Source: Promethearchaeota archaeon (GTDB lineage Archaea > Asgardarchaeota > Lokiarchaeia > Sigyniarchaeales > SOKP01). Taken from it: a stretch of DNA of 64,000 nt. The stretch is taken from positions 128,001 through 192,000 of the forward strand of contig JBHLON010000001.1 of NCBI GenBank assembly GCA_048940445.1. The letters run 5' to 3'. Position 1 is the first letter of the stretch, and each line of letters starts with the position of its first letter. The notes under the pieces were generated by a model. The model saw only the letters and a list, made by a program, of their open reading frames with translations, ran no database searches and was not told the DNA's origin. Below, piece after piece: positions 1-9,979 of this stretch. The position numbers and the translations under genes are program-made.

Positions 1-498
1 TGAAAATTCACTAAAGGTCTTGATGAATTTTTCATAATCAAGAAAATCTAATTCTAATATAAATCTAGAATCTGCTTTTCTTAGATTGTAAATCATTTCT
101 AATTTTTTTAGAATTTTTTCTTTAAAGATTTGAAGTTTTGAATCTTGAGATTCATCTATAAAATCCAACATTTTTTTATAAAATAAAATAGATTTTTCAT
201 TGTTAACTAACCAATTTAATGCATTTTTAGTTTGATCAAGATTATTTTTAAGAGCAAATTTTGCGGCACTAAATCTTACTAAAGGTGATTCATCAGTGAT
301 TATACATTTTTCGACGATTTTAACAACTTTTTCATTAAAAAATGATAATTTTTCGATTAGGTTAATTGCTTGAACCCTAATTTCTTCCTTATCACTTTCA
401 TTGATAAACGATTCAAGATTCTTTAGGGCTTCAATTTTATTAACTTTATTCTTTATAAAATCTTCATAAATTCTATCTGGATCAAAATTTTTATCCAT
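1..498 (-). CDS. HEAT-repeat-containing protein, runs off the window start (partial)
   Basis: Not in the ORF track. ATG at 498; manual translation MDKNFDPDRIYEDF...EEIRVQAINLIEKL...DESPLVRFSAAK shows HEAT-like motifs and stays open to position 1. Confidence 0.7.
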   Translation of the reverse strand, partial: MDKNFDPDRIYEDFIKNKVNKIEALKNLESFINESDKEEIRVQAINLIEKLSFFNEKVVKIVEKCIITDESPLVRFSAAKFALKNNLDQTKNALNWLVNNEKSILFYKKMLDFIDESQDSKLQIFKEKILKKLEMIYNLRKADSRFILELDFLDYEKFIKTFSEFS

Positions 499-523
499 CT
501 TCAAAAAATCGTAAATTATTTAG

Positions 524-1660
524 TTAAATTAAACTTTCCTTTACCACTTCATGGTGACAAAAGTTAATTGATTGCATTTCCTTAGTATATAGCCTAATAT
601 CTTTTAAAACTTTAACATAAGAAGCTAGTATAACTAAATTCTCATTTTGTCCCTTTAATTGAACATTTTCTTCAAGAAGACAATTATCAGAAATTATTGA
701 CTTTTCAATCTTAACTTTTTTTGAGATATAAGATTCATTGTATATTAATGTTTCTTTGATTTGGGTTTCTTTATCTATATAAACATTATCACCGATAATT
801 ACATTCGGACCTATAACACAATTTCCTCTAATAATAACTTTTTTTCCTATTACACAGGGATGAATGATTTTAGTAGTTGGATCAATATCAACAGAATCAT
901 CAATTAATGATTTCCTTTTTTCATTTAGATTATGTAAAATATCGTTCATTAACAAGATACTTCCTTGATATAAATCATATGGCTTTCCAATATCTTTCCA
1001 TATACCTGTAATAGGAAAGTGAAATAATTTATTCTCAGCAGCTAATTTATGAAATATGTCTCTCTCCATTGAAAGTTTTTTATTTGGTTCAATGTAGGAG
1101 AATATTTCTGGTTCTAAAATATAGAGCCCTGCATTGATAGGTATTGGAGTATATTTACCGTTAGGAGGAAAATACTCTTCTTTTTCAAGAAACTTTTTAA
1201 GCTGATTAGTTTCTGGATTAATTATCAGAACTCCATAAGGAGAGGGATCATCGACGATTTTGCTAGCTATTGTACCTCTTGCTTGAGATTTTTCATGAAA
1301 TTCAAGCATATCTTTAAAATTAAAATTTAAAATGATATCTCCATTTAACATAAAGAAATTCTCATCTTTCAGATAAGATTCCGCTAACTTGATTGCCCCT
1401 GCTGTTCCCATAGGATATTTTTCATTTGTGTAATGAATTTTTACTCCAAACTTACTTCCATCTTTAAAGTAATTTTGTACTACTTCAGACATTACACTTA
1501 CAGCCAATATTATTTCTTTAACACCTGCGGATTTCAAGAGTAAAATCTGTCTTTCAATAACAGGTTTATTAACAATAGGTATCAAGGATTTAGGAATAGT
1601 GCAAGTTAAAGGTCGTAACCTTGTTCCCCAACCACCAGATAAAATTATCCCTTTAGTCAT
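524..1660 (-). CDS. NDP-sugar pyrophosphorylase (mannose-1-phosphate guanylyltransferase-like) with C-terminal hexapeptide beta-helix
   Basis: GGWGTRLRPLT..PK signature, GTAG and NGD motifs, LbH repeats (IGPNVIIGDNV). Confidence 0.9.
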   Translation of the reverse strand: MTKGIILSGGWGTRLRPLTCTIPKSLIPIVNKPVIERQILLLKSAGVKEIILAVSVMSEVVQNYFKDGSKFGVKIHYTNEKYPMGTAGAIKLAESYLKDENFFMLNGDIILNFNFKDMLEFHEKSQARGTIASKIVDDPSPYGVLIINPETNQLKKFLEKEEYFPPNGKYTPIPINAGLYILEPEIFSYIEPNKKLSMERDIFHKLAAENKLFHFPITGIWKDIGKPYDLYQGSILLMNDILHNLNEKRKSLIDDSVDIDPTTKIIHPCVIGKKVIIRGNCVIGPNVIIGDNVYIDKETQIKETLIYNESYISKKVKIEKSIISDNCLLEENVQLKGQNENLVILASYVKVLKDIRLYTKEMQSINFCHHEVVKESLI

Positions 1661-1797
1661 TTCATAAGTCCTTTATATGAGTACTTGTATGTAATTAATA
1701 TTTTCTAAAAAAAATTTAGGTTTCTGACGATAAATCTTCTGGTTCATTTAATAATAGAAAAATGAATATGTAACTTAAATTAATGATCTATTTCTTA

Positions 1798-3051
1798 TTA
1801 TTTATCATATACATGTTCATATTTAACAGACGACACGTTTGTAACTAAAAGTGTAGTAGTCACTACAACAACAATTAAGTAGGCAAAGGATAAATAAAGA
1901 GGGATAATCCCTATTAACGCTGCTAAAGTACCAGCCACCAAACTCCCTAGAGGTATTACAAACCATGCTAATGAAACAACGATGGACATTACTTTTCCTT
2001 GTTTTTCTGCTGGAACATGTAATTGGATGATCGTTAGAAAATTTGTATTAATCAAGGGAGTCATTGCGGCACGTATCATCCCACCAATACCTATCATCGC
2101 AAAAAAACCAATTGGAGAAAGTGCAGATATAACATAACCTACAGCTGAAATCAGAATACAACTTGTGATTACTAATACTCTATTTTTATAGTCTTTTTTA
2201 ATTGTCGCTATCACTGCCCCCACGATCATACCTATTTGCATTAACCCTACAATAAATGCATAAGAATATTGATTTCCATGATGAACATCTCCCACAAATA
2301 CCGGCAATAATGTACCAAAAGGTACACCTAAAAAGTTTACAACTGAGATAAGTATTAATAAAATTACAAGTCCTGGAACCTTCCTAAGTCCTCTAGTTCC
2401 TTGCCTAAAGTCTCTAAAAAAAGAAAACTTTTTCGCTTTAAAGTTGTTCTGCTTAACTTTTGGAATCCTAATCAATATCAGGGGTATTAAAGCAATAAAA
2501 AAAGTTATAACATCCGCCCATAAGATGGTTGCAATTGGAAAAAACCCATAAAGTACCGCTCCAACAGCAGGTCCAGCAATTTGAACGAGTCCGTTAAAAC
2601 CATAATCAATAGCATTCATTCTACTCAAATATTTTTTAGGAATCATTATTGGAATTATAGCTTTTACAGTTGGAAAATGAAATGCTTGACAAACTCCACG
2701 AAGACTATTAATAAGAATTACAATCGTTACATTTTCCATCCCAGACATAAAGATCAGTATTAAGCAGAACGTAATAAAAGCTTGCATAGAATCTGCAATC
2801 GCTATAACATATTTTCGATTCCATTTATCAATGAAAACCCCAGCAATAGGACTCAAAACAATTAATGGCAACATATTTAAGAAATTTGCAAAACCTAGTA
2901 AAAAACTTGCCAAATTTACATCAGGCGTGATTTCCCTAATCCACCAAACTATTACAAAACCTACTACAGAGGACCCAAGTAACGAAAATAATTGACCACC
3001 CCAAAAAAAAATGTAACTCTTAAAAGTATTACCTGTTGCTATAGAATGCAT
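1798..3051 (-). CDS. MFS transporter (Mef/DHA3-like)
   Basis: WGGQLFSLLGS start, motif A (GVFIDKWNRK), about 12 hydrophobic segments. Confidence 0.88.
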   Translation of the reverse strand: MHSIATGNTFKSYIFFWGGQLFSLLGSSVVGFVIVWWIREITPDVNLASFLLGFANFLNMLPLIVLSPIAGVFIDKWNRKYVIAIADSMQAFITFCLILIFMSGMENVTIVILINSLRGVCQAFHFPTVKAIIPIMIPKKYLSRMNAIDYGFNGLVQIAGPAVGAVLYGFFPIATILWADVITFFIALIPLILIRIPKVKQNNFKAKKFSFFRDFRQGTRGLRKVPGLVILLILISVVNFLGVPFGTLLPVFVGDVHHGNQYSYAFIVGLMQIGMIVGAVIATIKKDYKNRVLVITSCILISAVGYVISALSPIGFFAMIGIGGMIRAAMTPLINTNFLTIIQLHVPAEKQGKVMSIVVSLAWFVIPLGSLVAGTLAALIGIIPLYLSFAYLIVVVVTTTLLVTNVSSVKYEHVYDK

Positions 3052-3161
3052 ATTCTATGATTTTGATAAATAAAAATTCTTAATAAAATAAAAAATAAAG
3101 TTTTGTATTTGTAGTTTTTGTGCTTGAAGTTAAATTGAACTAGTTGTTTCTTAATTGAAAC

Positions 3162-4943
3162 TTATTTTTTATATAATGGATCCGCTTCTTGAAGTAGCCT
3201 TCTTTGAACTTTTCCCATTACACTTTTAGGAATTTCGTCAATAAATTCTATATATTTAGGTATTTTCCAGTGTGTCATATTTTCTTCTGCCCATTTTAGG
3301 AGATCTTGTTCAGAGATTTTTCCAATATAACCTGATTTTAATGCAATCCATGCTTTGGTTATTTCTCCAACTTTTCCCTCAGGATCCGGTAATCCAGCAA
3401 CTGCAGCTTCAGAGACAGCCTCGTGCTTCATAAGCATTGTTTCTATTTCAGTGGGAAATACAGAATGACCAGCAACTTTAATTAGTTGCTTTTTTCTATC
3501 CATTAATGTAATAGTTCCATCTTCTCGCATATATCCAATATCACCTGTTCTTAACCAAATTCTACCATCCCATTGTTGTAAAGTCTGTTTAGTTTCTTCT
3601 GGCTGATTCAAGTATTCTTTCATTACCTGAGGACCATAAATACATACTTCTCCTGTATAATGTTCTCCATATTTCGAACCAGGGAGTCCATCAGCTATAG
3701 GTCCATTATTTAATGTTGGTGCATTTGCATCAAAAATACTCCAATCTGTTCCTGGTAAAGGCATACCAATTGTTCCTATTGGAGATTCTCCGAATAGGTT
3801 ACCAGCACTAACAATGGGGCTTGCTTCTGATAACCCATACCCTTCTACAATTCTTCCTCCGGTCTTTTTCTCAAATGCATCCCTTATAGGAGCATGAAGT
3901 GGACCAGCTCCAGAGACATTTAGTTTCATTTTTCCCATCAAATGAGAGAATTTATTTAAATATGGATAATCTGTTATTCGTTTAAATAGTATCTCTGCTG
4001 CAGCATAAGCAAGACCTTGAGGGGCTGGTAATTTATCTATAGTTTTAAGTAAATCTTCTGTAGAAGGGGGTCTAGCAAAAAGCATCATCCATCCTCCAAG
4101 ACCAATTGCTACATGCATTACAGCAGTCATAGCAAAGGAATGAAATAAGGGTAAAACACCTATATCTCCTATACCCGGCTGTTCTCCTCCAAAAATTTCA
4201 ACTACTTGTCTAACATTAGATACTAAATTGAAATGAGTTAAAACTGTAGCTTTGGGTACCCCAGTAGTTCCACCCGTCATTATATAAGTTGCAGTATGAG
4301 TCGAGGGATCAAAACTAACTTGTGGAACATTTGAGGGTGTATTTAAAAGATCCAAAAATTTATGTGAGGGAATAAAATCAACTTTTCCAGAAGGTAATTT
4401 TCCTAACATTTTTCCTAAAATCTTTTTAAGACCCTTAAATCCAGATGCTAAGTCAATAATATTGGTATATATAACTAATTCAACGTCTGTCTTTTCAATG
4501 ATAGGTGCCGCTAGATCTTTATATAATGAATCTAAAACAATTAATACTTTTGCTTTAGTTAATTCGAGATGATGACGTACTTCTAGAGGTTTATACGTAG
4601 GATTTATCCCAGTAGAAATTACTCCCAACTTAGCACATGCGTAGAAAGCAATAATATATTGAAAACAATTCGGTAACAACAATGCTACTACGTCATTTTT
4701 AGTTATACCTAAATTGTGAAGAGCTGTTGCAAAAGAATCAATGTAATTTCCTGCTTCATCATAAGTCATCCAAGTATCTAAGAACCACATTACATTATAG
4801 TCAGAATATTTCTTCCTTTGTCTTTCAAAAAATTCTCCAAGGCTAATATTTTCGAAATCAGTATTAAAAGGGACTCCTTCAGGCCACCAACTATGAAACC
4901 AACTCTTTTCCTCGTTAATATGAAATTTTTTCATAAATAACAC
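3162..4943 (-). CDS. Long-chain fatty acid-CoA ligase (ANL superfamily)
   Basis: TGGTTGVPK, EGYGLSE, WLRTGD and C-terminal PKS..GK motifs. Confidence 0.92.
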   Translation of the reverse strand: MLFMKKFHINEEKSWFHSWWPEGVPFNTDFENISLGEFFERQRKKYSDYNVMWFLDTWMTYDEAGNYIDSFATALHNLGITKNDVVALLLPNCFQYIIAFYACAKLGVISTGINPTYKPLEVRHHLELTKAKVLIVLDSLYKDLAAPIIEKTDVELVIYTNIIDLASGFKGLKKILGKMLGKLPSGKVDFIPSHKFLDLLNTPSNVPQVSFDPSTHTATYIMTGGTTGVPKATVLTHFNLVSNVRQVVEIFGGEQPGIGDIGVLPLFHSFAMTAVMHVAIGLGGWMMLFARPPSTEDLLKTIDKLPAPQGLAYAAAEILFKRITDYPYLNKFSHLMGKMKLNVSGAGPLHAPIRDAFEKKTGGRIVEGYGLSEASPIVSAGNLFGESPIGTIGMPLPGTDWSIFDANAPTLNNGPIADGLPGSKYGEHYTGEVCIYGPQVMKEYLNQPEETKQTLQQWDGRIWLRTGDIGYMREDGTITLMDRKKQLIKVAGHSVFPTEIETMLMKHEAVSEAAVAGLPDPEGKVGEITKAWIALKSGYIGKISEQDLLKWAEENMTHWKIPKYIEFIDEIPKSVMGKVQRRLLQEADPLYKK

Positions 4944-5061
4944 CCCTCTTACAAATTCTTTATATCAAAAATTAATTTTATAGTACAAATAATATTTTTA
5001 AGAGAGTTTAATATAAAAAGTTTATAAGTATTAATCAAAATTTCTATAAAATGAAGTGGTT

Positions 5062-6168
5062 TTAAATATCATCTGTCACTTTCTTTGAAAAGTAAAATAC
5101 TCCTGGTTCAATCCCTCTTCTTTCAGCTATTTTATAGAATAATAGTTGAATAATAATTATTTCTAATATTGGTGCTAAGTGGTTATCCATAACATTATGT
5201 TTATAGACTAGCACTTTAGGATTATTGTGTATTGCTTCAAGTTCTTCATTAAAGTTTTGATTTGTTATATGCAGAAGTTTTTTGCATTTCCATTTGTTTA
5301 TAAGGTGCTCCAAAAATGTTTTACTCAACAGTAGATTTTTCTCATCAGCAGTGATTAAGATTATTATTGTATTGTCATTAAGGCATTCAATCCCTCCATG
5401 ACGGAATATTGATATTGAAGTAGCTTCAGAATAGATTTTTGTTATCTCCTTACAGTTTAAAGCTGCTTGATGAGCTGTAACCATTGAGGATCCCCGTGAG
5501 ATAATTTCAATAAAGTTCATATCATATCCAACAAAATTCACTAAATTATTCCAAATTTTATTGATTAAATCATTTAGAAGGATAGTAATCTCTTCAATTA
5601 AGAGATCGATATGTTCATGCTCTTTTCCATTTATGAAGAATTCACCAGTTATTGTTTTTGCCATTACATAGAGTAATAATAAAGTACAAACATAGCTTTT
5701 CGAGGTCACAGAAGTTTCCTCATCAAAATTCATTAAAATTTGTAATTCTGTCATTGAAGCAAGATAACTATTAGGATTATTTGTAATGCCTATAGTGAGA
5801 GGTGTATCCTCAATTGAGTTAATTTTTCTTAATAACTCTCTAATTTCACCTGATTCTCCAGATTGAGAGATAATCACGATTCCAGTGTTCTTAAATATGT
5901 CTTGCTTTCTTTCTGGGAATAGATTAAAGAGAAATTCTCCAGAGTCTCTAATTTCTGTTGTTATTCCATATTGATTTAAAATATAGTAAGGTAAATAGGT
6001 ACTGATAAAACTACTACCCATACCAGTGAAAATTAACTTGGTTATACCCCCTTTTTTAATAAAGTCCTTCACGATCAAAAATTGAGCCTTCCCTTCGTTT
6101 AAGACATAATTTAAAGTATCTCTTAACGCTTGAGGTTGAGATTTAATCTCTGCTAAAAACTGATTCAT
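5062..6168 (-). CDS. Double-SIS-domain sugar-phosphate isomerase/deaminase (GlmS-isomerase/FrlB-like, no glutaminase domain)
   Basis: EIKSQP, GMGSS, SQSGES, TSKSY, KE and FRHG motifs; ends in SKKVT. Confidence 0.85.
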   Translation of the reverse strand: MNQFLAEIKSQPQALRDTLNYVLNEGKAQFLIVKDFIKKGGITKLIFTGMGSSFISTYLPYYILNQYGITTEIRDSGEFLFNLFPERKQDIFKNTGIVIISQSGESGEIRELLRKINSIEDTPLTIGITNNPNSYLASMTELQILMNFDEETSVTSKSYVCTLLLLYVMAKTITGEFFINGKEHEHIDLLIEEITILLNDLINKIWNNLVNFVGYDMNFIEIISRGSSMVTAHQAALNCKEITKIYSEATSISIFRHGGIECLNDNTIIILITADEKNLLLSKTFLEHLINKWKCKKLLHITNQNFNEELEAIHNNPKVLVYKHNVMDNHLAPILEIIIIQLLFYKIAERRGIEPGVFYFSKKVTDDI

Positions 6169-6245
6169 AAATAATAATAAAAAAAAATATAAAATAAAAT
6201 TAATTTAAAGAACTCAAATAGAAAACTTTATTGAGTTAATAGTTT

Positions 6246-6605
6246 ATGATTTGTAGACACGGTCTTGAAATAATTAATTGTCCGGTTTGTCGAATATCCA
6301 TTAATACACGACCATTAAATGATTTAAAACCAGATCTAATTACTAAAAATTTAATTAAACCAATGAGTCCTGTCTTTAAGCAACACTTTAAAAATAATAA
6401 TGATAAGCTAAATTTTGGTATTTCAAAGACTAAATTTACTCATACTGTTCCATTACCTAAAATGATGGGCCAAATACCCAATTTTGAAAACAGATTATTT
6501 CTTGAAAAACTCAAAGAAATAAATGTTAAGAAATTTAATAAATATGGAGTTTCAAAGAACATTCCTTTTTCAAAAAAGGAATTTAATCTTGAAAATATAG
6601 AGTAA
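6246..6605 (+). CDS. Hypothetical protein with N-terminal CxH-x6-CxxC putative Zn site
   Basis: MICRHGLEIINCPVC; 119-aa ORF. Confidence 0.6.
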   Translation: MICRHGLEIINCPVCRISINTRPLNDLKPDLITKNLIKPMSPVFKQHFKNNNDKLNFGISKTKFTHTVPLPKMMGQIPNFENRLFLEKLKEINVKKFNKYGVSKNIPFSKKEFNLENIE

Positions 6606-6712
6606 TTTTCATTTTATATTAATTAGACTTAAGTATTAATTTTTCACTTATTTAAATTATCATTACATCTAATAATTATAACTCAATTTAAATTAATAGA
6701 AGGTGGTATATT

Positions 6713-7360
6713 TTGGATTATCAAATGGAAATTTTTTGGTTAGATCATGCTGCTTTTAAGATTAATATGTTTAATGGTAAAATTATCTATTTAGACCCTT
6801 ATAAAATCAAGGAAGCAAAAGAAAAAGCAGACATAATAGTGACGTCGCATACACATAGCGATCACTTTTCCAAAGCAGATATTAAGAAAGTATGGCAGGA
6901 TAGCACAATTTTAATTGGACCTGAAAGTATTGCAAGCAGTTTAGAGAAGTATAACGGAAAAGCTCTCAGAATTGGAGATATCGTTGATTATAAAGATTTT
7001 AAAATAGAATTAGTTCCCGCATATACAATTAAAAAAGCCACCCATCCTAAGAGTAATCGATGGTCAGGAACAATTATTGAGGCTGGGGGAAAAAGTGTAT
7101 ATCATGCTGGAGATACGGAAAGAATCCCAGAAATGAAAGAATTAGCTAAAAGAAATATAACAGTTGCATTACTACCATGTGGAGGTACATATACTATGGA
7201 TTTTGAAGAATCCACTGATGCTGCGATGGATATCCAGCCTGAAATTGTCGTTCCAATGCACACGTGGGGAGCTAATTTAAATCAATACAAGGAAATTATG
7301 AATAAAAAAGACCCAAACATTAAGGTCGAGATTTTAGAGAATAGATCCCTAAAGATTTAG
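6713..7360 (+). CDS. Metallo-beta-lactamase-fold hydrolase (UlaG/UPF0173-like)
   Basis: SHTHSDH, YHAGDT and PMH motifs; GGTGGT SD-like sequence upstream of the TTG start. Confidence 0.9.
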   Translation: MDYQMEIFWLDHAAFKINMFNGKIIYLDPYKIKEAKEKADIIVTSHTHSDHFSKADIKKVWQDSTILIGPESIASSLEKYNGKALRIGDIVDYKDFKIELVPAYTIKKATHPKSNRWSGTIIEAGGKSVYHAGDTERIPEMKELAKRNITVALLPCGGTYTMDFEESTDAAMDIQPEIVVPMHTWGANLNQYKEIMNKKDPNIKVEILENRSLKI

Positions 7361-7462
7361 ACTTATTTATCTTTTTTACTTCTTTCTTTTTTTACTCCTA
7401 TGCAAAATATTAAATAATACTTGAATATAATATTACACATTCAATTTATTAGGTGATCCAAT

Positions 7463-8239
7463 ATAGAAACAACAAGAGTATTAGATTTAATATTTAAAAT
7501 CCTTTTATTGTCAATTGGGATTATCTTTGATATATTTATAATGTTATTTTGCAATGATTATACATATTTGGGCAGAGTATTATTTTCCACGGGTATATTT
7601 ATTGGGCCTACTTGCACTATTTTTGGAATTTCTTTCTTATTGCCTAGTAAGCACTCTGTTAGGATCTATTGGGTTATTATTGGATGTTTGATTGGTGCAG
7701 GTTCGATATATTTGGGTACTTACTTCTTAGTTAATTCATTTTTCAAAATACCTCAATATGCTTACTCTATCTTACCTTATCTTTTGTACATTATACCATA
7801 TATTCTTCTAGTAGGGGGAACACTTTTAATTATAGGTGCTCCATTAAATTTTGCAAGAAATTCGAAGAAGATAAGGAAATTGGACTCATTGTCTCAAGCA
7901 GATTTAGTTAATTTGTTCAGCTGTCCCAAATGTGGAACAATTGGTGCTATTTACTTTGTAAAGCCTGTTAAAGATCAACTTTTAGTAAAACAAAAATGTC
8001 CCTATCATGGAGGAAGACTTTTTAAACTCCCAATAAGATTAAAAGATGATTCAATTTCCCACTTCCAGGATGCTATATTTCGTTGTCTTAAATGTGGACA
8101 AAGGGCTACATCTTTTCACGTAAAATATTCATTACCTTGGGCTTTAATTACAGTAGATTGCCCAACCCATGGATTGAAAACCTATAAAATATGGTACACT
8201 GTCTACAGTGAAATTTCTGAAGGGATAATTGAGCGTTAG
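7463..8239 (+). CDS. Membrane protein (about 4 TM) with two C-terminal CxxC...CPxH zinc-binding repeats
   Basis: CPKC...CPYH and CLKC...CPTH. The ORF track starts at TTG 7508, but the frame is open to ATA 7463, 6 nt after AGGTGA. Confidence 0.7.
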   Translation: METTRVLDLIFKILLLSIGIIFDIFIMLFCNDYTYLGRVLFSTGIFIGPTCTIFGISFLLPSKHSVRIYWVIIGCLIGAGSIYLGTYFLVNSFFKIPQYAYSILPYLLYIIPYILLVGGTLLIIGAPLNFARNSKKIRKLDSLSQADLVNLFSCPKCGTIGAIYFVKPVKDQLLVKQKCPYHGGRLFKLPIRLKDDSISHFQDAIFRCLKCGQRATSFHVKYSLPWALITVDCPTHGLKTYKIWYTVYSEISEGIIER

Positions 8240-8301
8240 AAAACTTTTTTATTGCTCTTAGTACAATAAATTAAAGAAATATTCTAGACAATAATTTTAA
8301 T

Positions 8302-9057
8302 CTACTTTACTAACTGTTTTAACATGACAAATTCAGCTTTTTTAGATAGAGTTTCCCTTATAAAACTTTTAAATCGATATAAGAACATATCTCCCGTATT
8401 AATCCATCTATCAGGTCTAAAAAGAGCGTTTTTCAAAATATCTGAAAGTTCGATTTGATTAAACAATAATGATCTCATCTCTATTGCCTCCCAAGGGTGC
8501 ACGTATAATACTAATAACTCTTTTTTATATATCCACTTACGTAAAGGAGAATAACTCAAGGGTAATCTAAAAATTATATTTAAATTTGGATGGAATTCTT
8601 GAATTTCTCCATTAATTCCATGAGAATTTTTTAGTATATGGATTGAATTATGATTTATTGAAGAATCATATTTAAATCCCTGATTCTTTAAAATAATAAA
8701 TAAATAATTTGGAACCTTTAAATAAGGAGCTCTAAAACCTATAATTTCTGAACTTTGAGAGACTTTTTCAAGAATCTTTTTGTTTTGAGTTATTATTTCT
8801 TCACATTCTTCAAAATCCAACTTGGTTAGTCTCTCGTGATTTAAACCATGACACGCAATCTCATGTCCTTGACGAATAATTAACTTTATATATTTTGGCA
8901 AACGATTAGCGATATTTCCAGTACAAAAGAAAGTTCCTTTAATATTGAAATCATCTAAAATCTTAAGTATTTTTACCAAACCGAATTCTATCCCAAAAGA
9001 TGTATCCAAAACATTAGGTATATCCCGTTCAATATCAAAAGTTAAAGCAATTTTCAT
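8302..9057 (-). CDS. Polysaccharide deacetylase (CE4/NodB fold)
   Basis: LTFDIE, GTFF, HEIACHGLNH, GFRAP, YDSS and YVHPWE motifs. Confidence 0.9.
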   Translation of the reverse strand: MKIALTFDIERDIPNVLDTSFGIEFGLVKILKILDDFNIKGTFFCTGNIANRLPKYIKLIIRQGHEIACHGLNHERLTKLDFEECEEIITQNKKILEKVSQSSEIIGFRAPYLKVPNYLFIILKNQGFKYDSSINHNSIHILKNSHGINGEIQEFHPNLNIIFRLPLSYSPLRKWIYKKELLVLYVHPWEAIEMRSLLFNQIELSDILKNALFRPDRWINTGDMFLYRFKSFIRETLSKKAEFVMLKQLVK

Positions 9058-9108
9058 TATTGTAATCTTTTATAGTAATTTTAGCTTAAATTATTCTGTT
9101 TATTTAAA

Positions 9109-9876
9109 TTATTCAATTTTCTTAGCTAAATCATGATAAATGTCTTTATTGGAATAATATTGGTGAACTCGTCTAAGGCTTCGTTTTACAGTTAAATTAC
9201 GACCACTAGTTAATACAGAAATGAACGTCAATGTTTTAATTTTTCCTTTCTTCAATTTACGAATTAAATATATCAGAGAATCCGAAAAAACTTTATCAAT
9301 TCCTAAAGAATATGGTGGTTGTTTAAATCCACCCGATTTAAAGAAAACATCTCTTCTAACAATCATATTAGTTCCAGATAATTCAGGATATCCAAATAAA
9401 CTTTTACAAAAATAGTATAAATGGCTCCCGAGATTTTGAAAAAAGTATTTAGTTATTGTGTATTTTGGGGTTCCGATATTAAATGAAAAGGCAATCCCGT
9501 CATAATATTTTATCCGAGCACTGCAAGCAAAAAGATTTTTATTTTTGTTAAAGATATGATATATTTTTTGTAAAAAGTAGGGGCCTATTAGTGTATCAGC
9601 ATCTAAAAACAACAAGATATCTCCAGATGTTTTCTGTGCAGCATAATTTAACTGATGAGTCTTTCCTTTTTTAGGTGATACAAATACTTTTGCAAAATTT
9701 TTAGCAATTAAAACTGTTTTATCAGTACTTTGTCCATCACTTACGATAATTTCATAAGGAAAATTACAAATTTGTTTTTCAACAGCTAACAAAGTTTCTT
9801 TTATTAATTTTTCCTCATTATAAGCCGGGATCACTACTGATATTTTGGGATTATGCAACTGGTTAATTGCCTTCAT
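9109..9876 (-). CDS. Glycosyltransferase family 2 (soluble)
   Basis: SVVIPAYNEE, DGQSTD, FLDAD and TSGR motifs. Confidence 0.9.
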   Translation of the reverse strand: MKAINQLHNPKISVVIPAYNEEKLIKETLLAVEKQICNFPYEIIVSDGQSTDKTVLIAKNFAKVFVSPKKGKTHQLNYAAQKTSGDILLFLDADTLIGPYFLQKIYHIFNKNKNLFACSARIKYYDGIAFSFNIGTPKYTITKYFFQNLGSHLYYFCKSLFGYPELSGTNMIVRRDVFFKSGGFKQPPYSLGIDKVFSDSLIYLIRKLKKGKIKTLTFISVLTSGRNLTVKRSLRRVHQYYSNKDIYHDLAKKIE

Positions 9877-9979
9877 TTTATTTTATATAAAGTAGAATGA
9901 TTATTATACTTTAATTCATTCATTTGAGAATATATGATTTTGCAATATTTAATATGAATTTAATTTTAAAATTTGAGTA

